Shown: piece after piece, positions 31,571 to 45,560 of the stretch
Position numbering within the stretch: position 1 is the stretch's first letter
How the letters are laid out: every line of letters begins with the position of its first letter
Origin: the human T2T-CHM13v2.0 reference genome, Homo sapiens
DNA length: 64,000 bases
Direction: 5' to 3' (one strand)
Assembly (NCBI RefSeq): GCF_009914755.1
Contig: NC_060926.1
Notes under the pieces: generated by a model
What the model saw: only the letters and a program-made list of their open reading frames with translations
What the model was told of the DNA's origin: nothing
Databases searched by the model: none
Made by a program: the position numbers and the translations under genes

Positions 31571-31607
31571 GTAACTACATGGTGCTCTTTGCATAACTGT
31601 GGGATTA

Positions 31608-32070
31608 TGCCATGGCTTTGAAATGTGTCAACTTGTCACACTGAACTGCATTTCCCAAAATCCCCTTCCTAGATAAGTATATTCCATTTGAATGTCAGTT
31701 TCAGTTGGAGGATGCAAAGGAGAGTCTCACTGGTTGGTGCACAGAGGGAGGCAGGAACTGGGACTGTGGTTGCTCTGACTTCCCCAGAGTTTTTCTTCAG
31801 TTTCTCTGCCTACTGGGCTAGGTGTGTGTATTTACCTCCATGACTAAGGGCCCCAGCTTCTGCTGGATGCCCAGCAGACACATAGGCACTGAAATCAGAG
31901 GGAACAAGAGCAGACCAGAGTTTTAGTCTACCCTTACGGGATTTCAGCCCATGCTCATGAGTTTCTTGCCTCATAGTGACCTTCTTTTCCTGACTGACTG
32001 CAAAGCGAACTCCGAGCTCCAGTATCCAATGTAGAGACAGTCTTCCTAGAGACTGCCTAGACCGCATGTG
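31608..32070 (+). mobile_element. ERVL LTR (LTR41-like)
   Basis: tgccatggctttgaaatgtgtcaacttg...ctgaactgcatttcccaaaatccccttcc start; agagacagtcttcctagagactgc. Confidence 0.6.
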
Positions 32071-33271
32071 TCAACCTCAACTACTATCATGATTTGTATT
32101 ATTTTTTGGAAGTTTCCTTAATTCCAAATCAAATAGATGTTCTTGGGCCCTGTACACTTGAATATTTCATCAAACATGTATTAACTCCAGCAGGGTTTTT
32201 TACATTATCATAGAGATATTTTATACGAATATATTAATACATTTTCTCCTTAAAGCATGATTTTAATTCTGTTTGCAAATATTTTCCAAAAGGTGAATTT
32301 TGAACTTGCAGTTATGTGTGTCTGAAGAATTAGAAATCATACGTTCATATTTTCTATCTAAAATATTACTTCAATTTAAAAAAATCATTTCCTTTTTATA
32401 CTTTAGTATCTCTTGTGAAATCTTATTTTGATGGTTTCTTCTAAATGAAACATACAAACAAGTTGTATATTACTTAAAAATTGGTTTATTACTCAGGAAA
32501 TCAAATCTGCTATCAGAATATATCCAGAAAACTCTACAGTGCAAAATAATATTTAAAATGTAGGGGAAAGAAAGAATATTCCAAGTTAAATCATTATCTC
32601 TTTTCATCTGCTGGAACTGTGGACTTCTTAAAATTTAACTTTCAAATTTTAAAGCTGAAAGGAAGATAGCACTGTTGATTGCAAATTCTAATATCCCTTT
32701 CTTCCCTTGTTTATCAGTCTTTCTCCTTGGTTCATACTGTACTCATTCTACTGTTAGTAATAACGTTAATTCTGATAAAAACCAACCTTATATCTTGCCT
32801 CTCGTATCTTTGTGCTTTTCCAAACTTATCCAACACATAAAATTTATTTTAATTGCTGAAATAGGGTCTCATTTCTCTCATTACTTCTGCTTTCCTCCCC
32901 CACCTTCAGATTTTGTATGTGTTTCTTCTTCTGCCAGAGACACTGCCTCCACCCTTGAGTGCACAGATTATGTCTGGCTTATTCATCATAGCATACCCTC
33001 AATGCCACAACGGCACCATGTTTGGCACGTTACAAGCATGAAATAAAAATTTTATTTAATTTTATAAGCATCACAAAATCCTCATACTAGCCTGCATTGT
33101 TCCTGTAATCAGCCACTCTCTTTTCAACCTCTTCTTCAATTAGGTTTCATGAGCAAGTCTCACATCTGCCTTCCTAATCTGCAACACACAACAGAAAATA
33201 TCTCAACAAATTATTTCCAGTGTTTTTCCCTTTATCACTTCCAGTAAAGACAGGAAGTATCTTCATTTCCT

Positions 33272-33810
33272 TGTAGTAGTTATTTAAAAATCATAATTAC
33301 GGTGATCAGGGGTAACTATATCAACCAGGCTTCTGGAGGAATCAGGTACCACTGTAACATTCCATAATTTGAATAGACTGTAATAAAGATAACATTTACA
33401 AAAGCCTACGTAGAATTTAGAGGCAACATATGACGTAGTGCAATACTGTGGGATAGGTAGCCCCGATAACACACTTGGGCCTAAAGCAGCAAGAGAAGAG
33501 AGTGAATTATTGGAACCTAAAAGAAATGAGTCATGTGGAAAGGACCACCTTGAAAGAATTATATCTTTTGGTCTAGGGAAGCAACTCGGCATGGGTGTCC
33601 ACATGAGATGTCGGCAGGAAATGATATCTTGGCATTCTTTCTGCCTTCTTACTGATCTCTTCAATGGACAATTCCCATCGGCCATGCCCAATCATAGCTA
33701 CAGTAGGAAAGTCTTGTTGATATAGTCCACACACGTCAACCTTTATGGTCAGAGAGCAAGATGAAGAAGTTTGAAGAGTTGATCAAGGATAAATAAAAAG
33801 TACCCAGCAA
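33272..33810 (-). mobile_element. ERVL LTR (LTR33-like)
   Basis: 3' end gtccacacacgtcaacct...agagcaagatgaagaag...gagttgatc...acccagca resembles the antisense LTR33 start. Confidence 0.55.
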
Positions 33811-34322
33811 AGTAATCAGTTACCATTAGTATAAATAAGAAAATAATGTGACTGCTTAATGCGAATAATTTCAAGTATTTTTTGTTAACATTTAATGATA
33901 AAAATTTTATAAGATATCAATAATATATTAAAAAGGAAGTTTTCAAAAAAGAGCAGTAAAATCATAGATTGAAATCAGACCTGTTTTAGATTAAGACTAA
34001 ATTTAGAAAGCACATTATTTGTTTAGGCCTATATCCCTTGATGAAATAAATTCTGGAATTTTCTCTATACTGTGAAATGTCTATTGTATGAAGCTGTTCT
34101 GATGTGGTCCATGAATCTGAGTGTGTGCCCAATCTTTTTGATATAACTGTGGTCTGAATTTAATCTATAATTTGAAGAAATTGCTTTTACATCTCAAACT
34201 CCAGTCTGGCACATATGAAATATGGGCTGTATTATTCTGTACTCCTATTTACTTGTCATTGTGTTTTTACCTTGTTATCTGTAACATCTCAATCTGATTA
34301 GTTGCTGCACATTCTTCTGTGG

Positions 34323-34502
34323 AAGTGGTTTTCAAACTTTAGCATGCAAGCCTGAAGGGCTTGCTAAACATACATGGCTGGGCCCCACCACAGAGTTTCT
34401 GATTCAGTTAGTCTAAGGTGCGACCTAATAACTTGCATTTCAAACAAATTCCTAGATGATGCTGATGCTGCTAGTGTGGAGATCACACTTTAAGGATTAC
34501 TG
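34323..34502. mobile_element. MER5A hAT-Charlie MITE
   Basis: agtggttttcaaacttt...cagagtttctgattcagt...gatgctgatgctgct...cacacttt; TIR-like ends. Confidence 0.85.
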
Positions 34503-34699
34503 ATTTACAGGATTATATAAACCACTATCTCTTAGCATAATACATTTTTCATGTTATATAACCCTGGAAATTATAATTTTTTAAAAATATACATTTTTAA
34601 ATATTTTATTTGTGGGTTTATTTGTGGGATCTAATTAAAATAACAGCTTTGAAAATGTGACACCATACTATACTCAGAAATTTAAAATAATTAAGGTAC

Positions 34700-35074
34700 T
34701 GACTTAGTCTATTTTGTGCTGCTACTACAGAATACTACAGACTGGATAATTTATAATGAACAGATATGTATTTCTCCCAATTCTGGAGTCCAGGAAGTCC
34801 AGGATCAAGGTGACAGCATCTAGCAAGGGCCTTCTTGCTGTATCATCCCAGGGAAGAGGGTTTAGAAGGGCAGAGAGGTGTGCAAGAGAGAGTAAAGGGG
34901 GCCAAAATCCTATTTTTATAAGGAACCCAATCTCTTGATAATGACAATAATCCATTCATGAAGGCAGAGCCCTCATTGCTAATTATCTCTGTAAGGTCCT
35001 GTCTCTTAATAACATTACACTGGCACCTAAATTTCAGCATGAGCTTTTCAGGGACAAACATTCAAACCATAGCA
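34700..35074 (-). mobile_element. MSTD-like MaLR solo LTR
   Basis: TG..CA ends, caaacattcaaaccatagca; TSD ggtac/ggtaa. Confidence 0.85.
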
Positions 35075-35489
35075 GGTAATGTGGGAGTAGATGACTTTAT
35101 ATTAAGAATGATTAAGAAACTTGATTAATCCTGGTTTTAGAAGAGTGAAACCAACTAGATTTGATCAAATTTTGATTTCGAATTAATATTTAAAATTTAG
35201 GAATTCTAACATAAAAGCATTAGTGCTTTGACCAAACTATTATATTATTTAAATAGACCTCACACCTATTGTACAAAAAGATATAATATCTTCAGTGGAC
35301 CTACTTTCTAATGCCAAGGGCAAGTATTTTCATCAGTAATATGTTTAAAAATGTATTTCTTATAAAGCAAATTAATCACACAACTTTTAAATCACTAATG
35401 GCTAATTCCATTTTGAATTTAGAGCTATAAATTTAAGGACTGACTTTTGGATTAATAACAGAAAGATACATTCATGGTAATGCATGTTT

Positions 35490-36700
35490 ATCTATTCATT
35501 TGTTCAATAAGGTAAAATTTGTTAAGAATTTATCTTATTCTAAGCCTTGTTCAACTTGACAAAAATACCCTGAGGTGCTTGAGCAGCCCTTTCCTTTCTT
35601 TGTTTTTTCAACACTAAGCATGGTACTCAGGATAGAGTAGAGTCTGGATATATATATATGTTCATAAATTAATGAAATAAAAGAGCATAAAATGTTCTGT
35701 GTAATATAATAGAAGCATACACTGACAACAGAAAAACAAAAAAAAACAAAAAAAAAAGCAAAAGAAGAGCTGGTCAATCCAAACAATCAGCACTGTCTAG
35801 TAGAAACGTCTGCAATGATGGAAATGTTCTGTTTCTACCTACCTATCCAATATGGTACCTGCTAGCCCTCATGTGACTATCGAGTATATGAAATGGGATT
35901 AGTGAAACTGAACTGAGAAAAAAAATTTTTAATTGTATTTCAATTTAATTATTTTAAATTTAAGTTTAAATAGCCGCATGTGGCTAGTGGCCACTGTATT
36001 TCAGTATTTTCACAGAATAGACAGCACAGTACTAAAGTGAAAAGAGGGGTCTAAAAAGAGTTTTAAGAAGCGGTGAACCATGAGCTAGGTTTTTAAAAAG
36101 GAGTTGATGTTTTCCAGGTGACTTTCTTTAAGTATATTTGGAATAAGGCTCCAGAAGCTACATGATGTGCTGTCTGTCCTCCCCCAGAGAAAGTCCAGAG
36201 ACTGTTGATTGAACATACTACTGTATATGATAAAGCCAAAGGTAGTGGCCTAGTAAATGTGGACATGTAAGAGAAGTAAAGACAGGAAAAAGAACTGAGA
36301 GGGCCTGCCGGTTTTGGGGAATGAGATGAGGACAAAGTGGTTTTTGAGAGTCAAGCAAGAAGAAGTGAAGGATTGATGGAATTCTAAGCAGTTTTATTGC
36401 CAGAAATCAATTAAGAAGTAAACCCAGGCAAAAAGATTAAATTTGGCAAGTGAGCAGTTGTTAGCAATGCTCTTGTAGATTCAGTGGAGTGGTGCTATCT
36501 GTTGGAGGTTCTTGGTATTGAGATATGAGAAGCGAGAGACTAGATAATTATTTTGAGGAATAGGCTTTGAAAAGAAATGATAAGGTCACAGCAAGAAAGA
36601 AAAGCAGGGTAAAACATTTTTTTATTGTTGTTTATTTCTTAAGGGGAAAGATTTGAATGTGTTTGTAGACTCCAAGGAAAGGGCCAAAGAATACATAATA
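35490..36700 (-). mobile_element. Fragmented L2, interrupted by MER3
   Basis: attcatttgttcaataa start and purine-rich antisense L2-like body. Confidence 0.45.
35788..36029. mobile_element. MER3-like hAT-Charlie MITE
   Basis: cagcactgtctagtagaaac...gatggaaatgttct...aaatagccgcatgtggctagtggc...gacagcacag. Confidence 0.85.
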
Positions 36701-36809
36701 GAAACAAAAATAAGCTGCAAATATCTAGGATAAATCAAGAATGAATTGGGTGAAAATCCCAAGTGATGATTCGCCTCAAGTGTAAGAAGACCTTAGTTCA
36801 CCTATAGTG

Positions 36810-37000
36810 AACAAACACTTGTTGAGCCCTTCTTAGGTACCAGACACCTATCTGAAGATTTTAATCACATTAAGTAACTAATCCTAATATCAGCCTAATG
36901 AGGTAAGAAATTAATTCTAGTTTTACAAGAGTGTTTTACAAGAGTGTGTAGATGCTCACCTAAAGCCATCCAGCTACTAAGTGGCAGAGCAGAGATTCTT
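36810..37000 (-). mobile_element. MIR fragment with internal 13-bp tandem duplication
   Basis: cagctactaagtggcagagc; gttttacaagagt x2 at 36920-36945. Confidence 0.65.
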
Positions 37001-37404
37001 TTCATTGCAAAAGTTTTCTCTTCAATAGGTGATTTCTTTTTATCTCACCCTCATCTGAATATACCACCTCTGTCTCTACAGCAATATTTCTTTGCCACCT
37101 GACCCCTTCTCCTCTGTGACAAACATAGCCTAAGTTTGTTCTTAGGCATGAAACTAACTCTCTATCCCCGACCAGGAGGCCTCCCCTCCCAGTTCGCTTC
37201 TGGTCATGCCAACACAAGTCACATATCTTAGAAAACTATTCTAACATTCTTCATGTACCTAGTGTTAATACAACAACAATCTCATGTTCTCAGCTGTTTT
37301 TATAAAATATCTGAGGCAATATAAATGATTATGTGTGAAACCGCATTTCACGATATTATTTGTATCAAATGATGGTATACTTTGGATCCCATAAATAATT
37401 CAGA

Positions 37405-37620
37405 AAAGAAAAGCTCTGTGTAAAATTAAAACCCTAAATTTAAGTCCTGGCTTTGCCAACTATTAGTTATAAATGAGGGACCTTGGAAAAGTATCTCACC
37501 CATCCAAGCGTTTAAAATAGATCTCATAGCATTTCTCCAAGGATTGGCAAGATTGTGAAAATGGAAATCCCGTGTAAGGCGAAGTACATTTAAAAAGGTA
37601 CCTCGCCCTAAGTGGGTTTT
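37405..37620 (+). mobile_element. MIR fragment
   Basis: agtcctggctttgccaacta...gaccttggaaaagt. Confidence 0.5.
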
Positions 37621-37632
37621 CTTGCTGTGACA

Positions 37633-38152
37633 CTTTTATTAAGATATAATTTGAATGCCATACAATTCACTCTTTTAAAGTGTACACTTCATTGTTTTTT
37701 AGACTATTAACAGAGTTTTGTAATAATCACCAGAATCAATTTGAGAATATTTTCATTACCCCACAAAGAAAACTGATACATTTTAGTCTTCATTCCCCAA
37801 TCATCCCCCTTCTAGACCTAGGCAACCACTAGTCTACTTTATGTCTCTGTAGACTTGCCAATTATGGGCATTTTATGTAAAAGGAATTCCTTTGTATGGG
37901 CAAATTATATTCTATTGTATGGATATACCACATTTTAAAATTTATTCATTCCTCCGCTAACGAACATTTGGGTGTGTTCTACTCTCTGGCTATTATGAAT
38001 AATACTGCTATAAACATGCACGTGTAAGTTTTGGCATTGATATATATGTTTATTTCTTTTGGATGTATACTGAGGAATGGAATTACTCAGTCATATAGTA
38101 ACTCTAAATTTTAACTTTTGAGGAACTACCAGACTATTTCCCAAAGTGCCTG
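37633..38152 (-). mobile_element. L1MB-type 3' fragment
   Basis: ttttattaagatataatt...ggcaaccactagtctacttt...tattctattgtatggatataccaca...ttgaggaactaccagact. Confidence 0.85.
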
Positions 38153-39280
38153 TCAAGTAAGCATATTAAATAAGTTAAAGTTTTTCTCTTTTGGTTTCTA
38201 TTTTACTTTTGGGTCTCGGCTTGGATGTTACTGGATCAGAAAGCATTCTCCGAGTTAAGTTCCCCTCTTTTGTAACCCCATGCAGCCTATGATTACATTT
38301 TAATAGTACATTATGCCATTGCAATATGCTAATTGGCCATTTGTTTTTCTGACATCTCTTGGAGTGTCTTATGAACTTTTGATTGCCCAAATCCTAATAC
38401 ATAGCAGGTACATGATCAATATGAGTGAATCATAGTGTTTGAGCTCTAAGTAATTTTTACATGCTTTACATTTCTTTATAATTTCTATTTTTATAATAAG
38501 CAGGTATTAATTTTCATACTACTTTAATTAGAACAAATTATATAATTATAATACATAACTATAGTTATATAATTAGATACAGTATATAAATTATATAATC
38601 TATTTTAAATCATTTCTTCTGAGCATGTTTAATTATATCATCAAGAACAAATTAACTTAGAAAATTTTTTAAATGTACAATTTTACCTATTTTATCAGGC
38701 ATAGGAAAAAATACCTTATAATTACCTTTTGAATGGTAGCATTTTTGTAAGGTATATTTTTGGATATTTCAGTTCTCTACAATAAAAGTGATTTATATTT
38801 TTTTAAAAAATCTTTATATTTGAAAGTAGCATTCAATTTCCTTGGTACAGAATCCATGTTCAACGAGAAATCTCATAAACTGGATTTAGTTTCCAAAGAG
38901 AAGTGAAAATTCCCTAAACCAAAACATGAATATTGTAATCTTTGCAAAGGTAAATATAGCCCTTAATATACAATGAATACATTGCCATTCTGAAACTTAA
39001 TTTAATAAATCTGTCTCTGATAGCTTCATCAACTCTGAGTGCACTAACACAACTGTGTATTCATATAGGTAAAATAAAGGACCAGGTTTTATGTGGTGAC
39101 AACTTCAAGATATTGCTATCATTAAGAACTCAGCTTAGAGCTGGCAGCCAATATTCCACCATGACACATCATTTTTACTATTCAAAACTTTAGCCAAATA
39201 TACGATATTAAAATATTTGTGGCTCAGATAATCTGAATCTGATTACATAAGAAAGTATTCATATTACATAAGAAAGTATT

Positions 39281-39594
<314 letters not shown>

Positions 39595-39679
39595 ATGTAT
39601 TTTGAATAGAGTCAACCTCAGTGGGTAAGTCTCTGGGTGATGGTAATCTTGCAGTGTGCTCTTTACCACAAAATGGGAA

Positions 39680-39870
39680 AATGGTTAAGCTATGAGCTTT
39701 GCTGCCAGACTACCTATGTAGGAATTCTAGTTCTGTATCTGTGGGAACGTGGACATAGTAGCTGTCCTATTCCTCAGTTTCCTCATTTGTTAAATGGGTG
39801 CATGAGTACTTACCTCACAGGATTCATGTGAGGATTACACGCACTACTGCTTATATAACGACTGTAGAAC
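39680..39870 (+). mobile_element. MIR fragment
   Basis: cctcagtttcctcatttgttaaatggg core. Confidence 0.75.
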
Positions 39871-40018
39871 CAATTGGAAGCTTTTAAGAATCCTAATGAC
39901 CAGGTTGCACTCCAGACCATTTAAGTCAGAATCTCTTGGACTGAAATCTAGACATCCATGTTTTTTAAAACTCCTCAGATGATTTCAATGCGCAACCAAA
40001 ATAGAGAACCACAGCTCT
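39870..40018. mobile_element. MER5-family MITE
   Basis: cactccagaccatttaagtcagaatctct...gatttcaatgcgcaaccaaaatagagaaccac. Confidence 0.7.
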
Positions 40019-40275
40019 GGAAAGTTACTTTCACCTTCTTGTGAAAATAAATTAGGGGCTATTTTCCATAAATCAAGACTTTGTTATTAGTAATCACGTT
40101 ACTGCTCACAACGCCAGAAGTTGTGGAGATGATGGCAACCATATTTTCTTTCTTTCTTGCGACCCAGAAGCATTCCATCTCACCTGATGTCTTAGAGATC
40201 ACAGAAGCTGGACTCATTGGATCCTATTAGTATGATCTCAGGTTCATCTTGTGACTTAGGAAAATAATGATTACA

Positions 40276-40430
40276 AAAGAACAAAAGAAAAGAGAGAGAA
40301 GGAAGGAAGGAAGGAAAAGAAAGAGAAGAAAGAAAGAAGGAGAGAAAGAAGGAAAGAGAGAAAGAAAGGAAATAAAGAGAGAAAAAAGAGAAGTGAAGAA
40401 AGAAAGAGGGAGAAAAAGAAAGGAAGAAAC
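40276..40430. repeat. Polypurine GA-rich tract
   Basis: Directly visible. Confidence 0.9.
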
Positions 40431-40783
40431 ATATAAAGCAATATCTACACCATTCGGTTAATTAGATTAAAATGTGACAAAAGAGATTTTGTAAAACAAA
40501 ATAAAATGTTAACTGTACTAACTGTTTTACTCTGGTTTGTCTCAATTTATTATGTGTTCTGACTAACAGGTCATTGTTATCCTCCACAAAATAATAATAA
40601 TGACAGCAGATATTTTTCATACAATTCAAGCTTATGGAGATAAACTTTCACATGTGATCTTATTATCGGAAAGGGGTCCCCATCAAGACACCAAGAGAGG
40701 GTTCTTGGATCTCTCACAAGAAAGAATTCAGGGTGAGCCCACAGAATAAAGTGAAAGCAAGTTTATTAAGAAAGCAGAGGAAT

Positions 40784-41100
40784 GGCCAGGCGCGGTGGCT
40801 CACGCCTCTAATCCCAGCACTTTGGGAGGCCGAGGTGGGCGGATCACAAGGTCAGGAGATAGAGACCATCCTGGCCAACATGATGAAACCCATGTCTCTA
40901 CCAAAAATACAAAAATAAGCTGGGCATGGTGGCACATGCCTGTAATTTCAGCTACTTGAGGGCCTGAGGCAGGAGAATCCGCTTGAATCTGGGAGACAGA
41001 GGTTGTGGTGAGCCGAGATCGCGCCACTGCACTCCATCCTGGCAACAAACCAAGATTCCGTCTCAAAAAAAAAAAAAAAAAGAAAGAAAAAGAAAAAAAA
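40784..41100 (+). mobile_element. AluSc-like
   Basis: TSD aagaaagcagaggaat (40768-40783) / aagaaagtagagcaat (41100-41115). Confidence 0.92.
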
Positions 41101-41340
41101 AGAAAGTAGAGCAATGAAAGAATAGCTAGTCCATAGACAGAGCAGGGTGTTCTCAAAAGCAAGAGGAGAAAGGCTTCCACCTTAGGTACGATGATTGTTC
41201 ATATATAAGATAACAAAGCAAAAAGTCATGGGGAGATGTGCTCTACTATAAGGGCTTGAGACAAAGGATTGTTAATCTTTGTGCAACTACTGTCTTCTGC
41301 AAGAATCTATATTATTATATTTAAAGTGAAACTTTCTTAA

Positions 41341-41589
<249 letters not shown>

Positions 41590-42029
41590 TAAGATATCAG
41601 GACATCAGGATATTTCCTGGGTCTGATATTTCCTGAGTCCGCTAAGTCCTAGGTCTGTTCAGTAAACATTATTAACTTGTTCCCTTAACTGTAAATATCT
41701 TGTTAACTAAGAATGCCTAGCCTCCTGGGAATACACCCTAGTAGGTCTCAGCTTCATTTCACCAAGCCCCTATTCAAGATGGAATCGTTCTGGTTTGAAC
41801 ACTTCTGGCTCACAAAAATTTCCTCACTTTGTGGAGTCAGTAGAGCACCTGCTATATGTTTCTCCCGGTTCAGAAAAGAGGAAAGCTAGTCTCAAAAACT
41901 TTCCCAAGCTTATTCAGCTAGTAAGTGGCAAAGAGTGCACATCTGAACTGCAAACTGACCTCTTCATTCTCTTCTGTATACTTTATTCAGGCTGTTTTAC
42001 TCGCATGGCTCTTATTATGGCCCCGAGAT

Positions 42030-43460
42030 CAATATCTTGCCAAAACCATTGGTCAGTTCTTTATTCTTGTCACATTTCTTTTTCCAGAAACATTGAACAC
42101 AACTGATGATGCCTTTCTAGATTTTTTTTTTTTTTTTTGGTTCTTATGATATCAGATCTTCTGATTGTCCTCCAATCCCAAAGGCTTTTTTTTTTTCTCT
42201 TTTTTTTTTTTTCTCAGTTTGGCTAGCTGGCTTTTCTTTCTTTGCCCTAACTCCAGATCATGAAGCTCTCCAGGCCTTGGTCTTAGACCCTCTTTAGTAT
42301 TTCAAACTTTCTGTCCAGGTGATCTCATTAGTGAGATAACTTTTAAATATCATCCATAAGACAATTCAGTCTGAATTGATACTTCAAACCCTGATGTCTC
42401 CACTGACCTTCATCTATTTACACATCCTTTCCTTTTCAAGTCTACCAGACATTTCAAACTTCAATGCCTAAATAATCCATTAAGTTTTATCCTCAGATCT
42501 GCTATGCTACTGCCCAGACTGTCATTAGTTTCATCTAGACTACAGTGGGAAACTCTTACCTCTCTCTTGGCTTCTATCCCTCCCTGGAGTTCGTATTTCT
42601 ACACAGAAACCAAAGTGACCTTTTAAAATTATGTTTTAGACCACAGCACTCCCTTGCTCAGTACAACTTAAGGACTTCCAAAATTCCTTACCATGAGCTA
42701 AAATCTGTGTGTAATCTGATTTCTGCCTTTCTTGTTCATCTATTCATTCACTCAAAAAATATTTATTATTCAGTTATCCTGTGCCTCTAAGAATCCACAA
42801 TGTACCTGCTCATGTGAAACTTACATCTTGGTTGAAGAGAGCAACTAGAGGGGAAGAGGGTGTGCGTGTGCATAATTGAATGTTCTTTAAGTTGATGATC
42901 AGAGTAAACCTCTCTGTGTCTGGGCCTCATGGAGTGACATTTAGCATATCTCATTTAAATGAGATCAGGTTGAGAATCTAGCATCTGGAGGAAGATATTG
43001 CTGAAATTCTTTGTCACTTATACTTCATCAATATCCTTCCAATGTGGTTGCCTTTTTTTCTGTACCTTTAGCACCTCAAGCTTATTCTTGCCCTGAGGTG
43101 TTTGTACTAGTCCTCCCTTTGCTTGGAAATCTCTGCCATCAGATAGTTGCATGTTTGGGTTCACATCATCATTTGTATTTCAGTCAAAACTAGCTTCCTT
43201 AGATAGTCCTTCCCCGACAACTCTCAGTAGCTCTCCATCCCCTGCTACTTCACTCTCCAGTCTCCCTACCAGGGTCTCATTAGTTACTTTATGGCTTCAT
43301 ACATCGCTCCATGAAATGTTTTGTTTGTGTGTGTTGGGGGTGGGGATAGGGAGGGGATTGTTACTTACTTCCTTTTTGTCTGGCAACTTTCATGACACCA
43401 GAAACCTTGAGTCTTATTCACTGTTGCCTATCCAGAGCATAGAACAGTGCCTGCAACAAT
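42030..43460. mobile_element. Cluster of L2 fragments (mostly +, with an antisense piece at ~42740-43000)
   Basis: caggtgatctcatt, gacatttcaaactt, ttattcactgttgcctatccagagcatagaacagtgcctg; attcattcactcaaaaaatatttatt antisense start. Confidence 0.55.
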
Positions 43461-43775
43461 GAGTCTAGACTTGAACTTTGACCTTCAGATTCCATGCCTT
43501 TCCCACTATACTGAAGAAGTTTGTTGCTAATTACTACAAGCTTTCTTGTATCCCATAACCTCTATTTGCTTTGGCGAGTTTTACTTATACACTTCTATGA
43601 AATTCTCATGATTAGACTCTATAATGGCAAGGAAAAAATGGGTAAGATCCTCAGAAAATATCAATTAAAATATTTGGAGTTCTGTCTTCTTATTTTAGCA
43701 TGAATTGGTTCATCAGATGGAGATAAAACAAATCTTAAGCCTTAGGGGATGAAAGATCTGAATGGGAAAACTTCA

Positions 43776-44443
<668 letters not shown>

Positions 44444-44609
44444 TCAAATGCGTATTTTTCACCTGTCATATGCCCTTAGGGATTGAATAAAGCATCAATC
44501 ACCAGCTTTAGGTTATTCATCAAACCGACCAGTCAGGCTGATCTGGTCAGTTAGGTTAGCTTTCAACCCAGGGGGAAAACAAAACAAAATGAAACAAAAA
44601 AACAGTTTC

Positions 44610-44818
44610 AGTGTTCAGTGTTTCTTTACCCTGTCCCCATATTAGAATCTCCTGGGGTGACTTTATAAGGTACCAATGCTTGAACCTCATCTGCAGAGAT
44701 TGTGGTATATGCAGGGTGGCCTCAGAGGTGGGGAGTAGGGAGCTGCAGTCAGGACATGGCATTTAAAAATATCCTCCAGTGATTTTAATGTGCAGCCAAC
44801 ACTGAGAAACACTGCTCT
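44610..44818. mobile_element. MER5-family MITE
   Basis: cagtgtttct...attagaatctcctgggg...gattttaatgtgcagccaacactgagaaacactg. Confidence 0.75.
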
Positions 44819-45319
44819 AGGAAAAAGTAGCCCACCCAAAATGAAGTGACAAAGTAAGAGAAATGGTCATTTAACTGACTGTTTACAGAAAGCATTGCTC
44901 TGAAAAGTGCTTTGAGGATTACATACAACTCTTTAAATTACCTTGATAAAATCAGAATGGCATATAGAATGTATGGGACACATCACAGGAAAGCGTATGA
45001 GTATTACTATCAGGAAACAGGTTTACGTATCCTAATAGGATGAGAGAGATTCTGAGCTGCTTCTCTGCAGGAGAGTAATGCTTTTTTCTCCTGGTATCCT
45101 TTCCTCAGGGCCCTGAGTTATAGCAAAAGAAAATAAAATGGAACCCTGGAGGAGCCCCATAGGAAATCCATGTGAGAAAAACACCGCACTTTATAAGTGC
45201 ATGCGGAGCAGGTAGGAGGAGCAGAATCATTTCTGCACCTGAGTTTTGCTGTACTTCCAACATTTCAGATCTTAGGCAATAATTATTTAGTGCAATAACA
45301 AAATATCATTCAATAACTA

Positions 45320-45560
45320 CTATCAGGAATATAATGTGTTGAGGGCAGATTATTTAATGCAGCACAAGTAGGTGCTTCACATACATTAACACATTTTGTC
45401 TTCAAAAAAATCTATCCAAGGTGATATTTTATCTCTACGTTTTAAATGAAGAAATAGGCAGAGAAAAATAACAGAATGTGTTCAAGATCACTTAGATGAA
45501 AAGTCATGGAGTGGGGATCCAAAGTCAAGCTTTTTTAGACTATAAATTAATGTTCGTTGA
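45320..45560 (-). mobile_element. MIR fragment
   Basis: ttttaaatgaagaaataggcagaga...ttcaagatcac core. Confidence 0.5.

Noticed and set aside
30014-31697. 29-bp direct repeat considered as a CRISPR-like repeat or an ordinary TSD
   Set aside because: Only two copies 1.65 kb apart in eukaryotic DNA, with no array or cas genes; the second copy is inside an LTR, not at an element boundary
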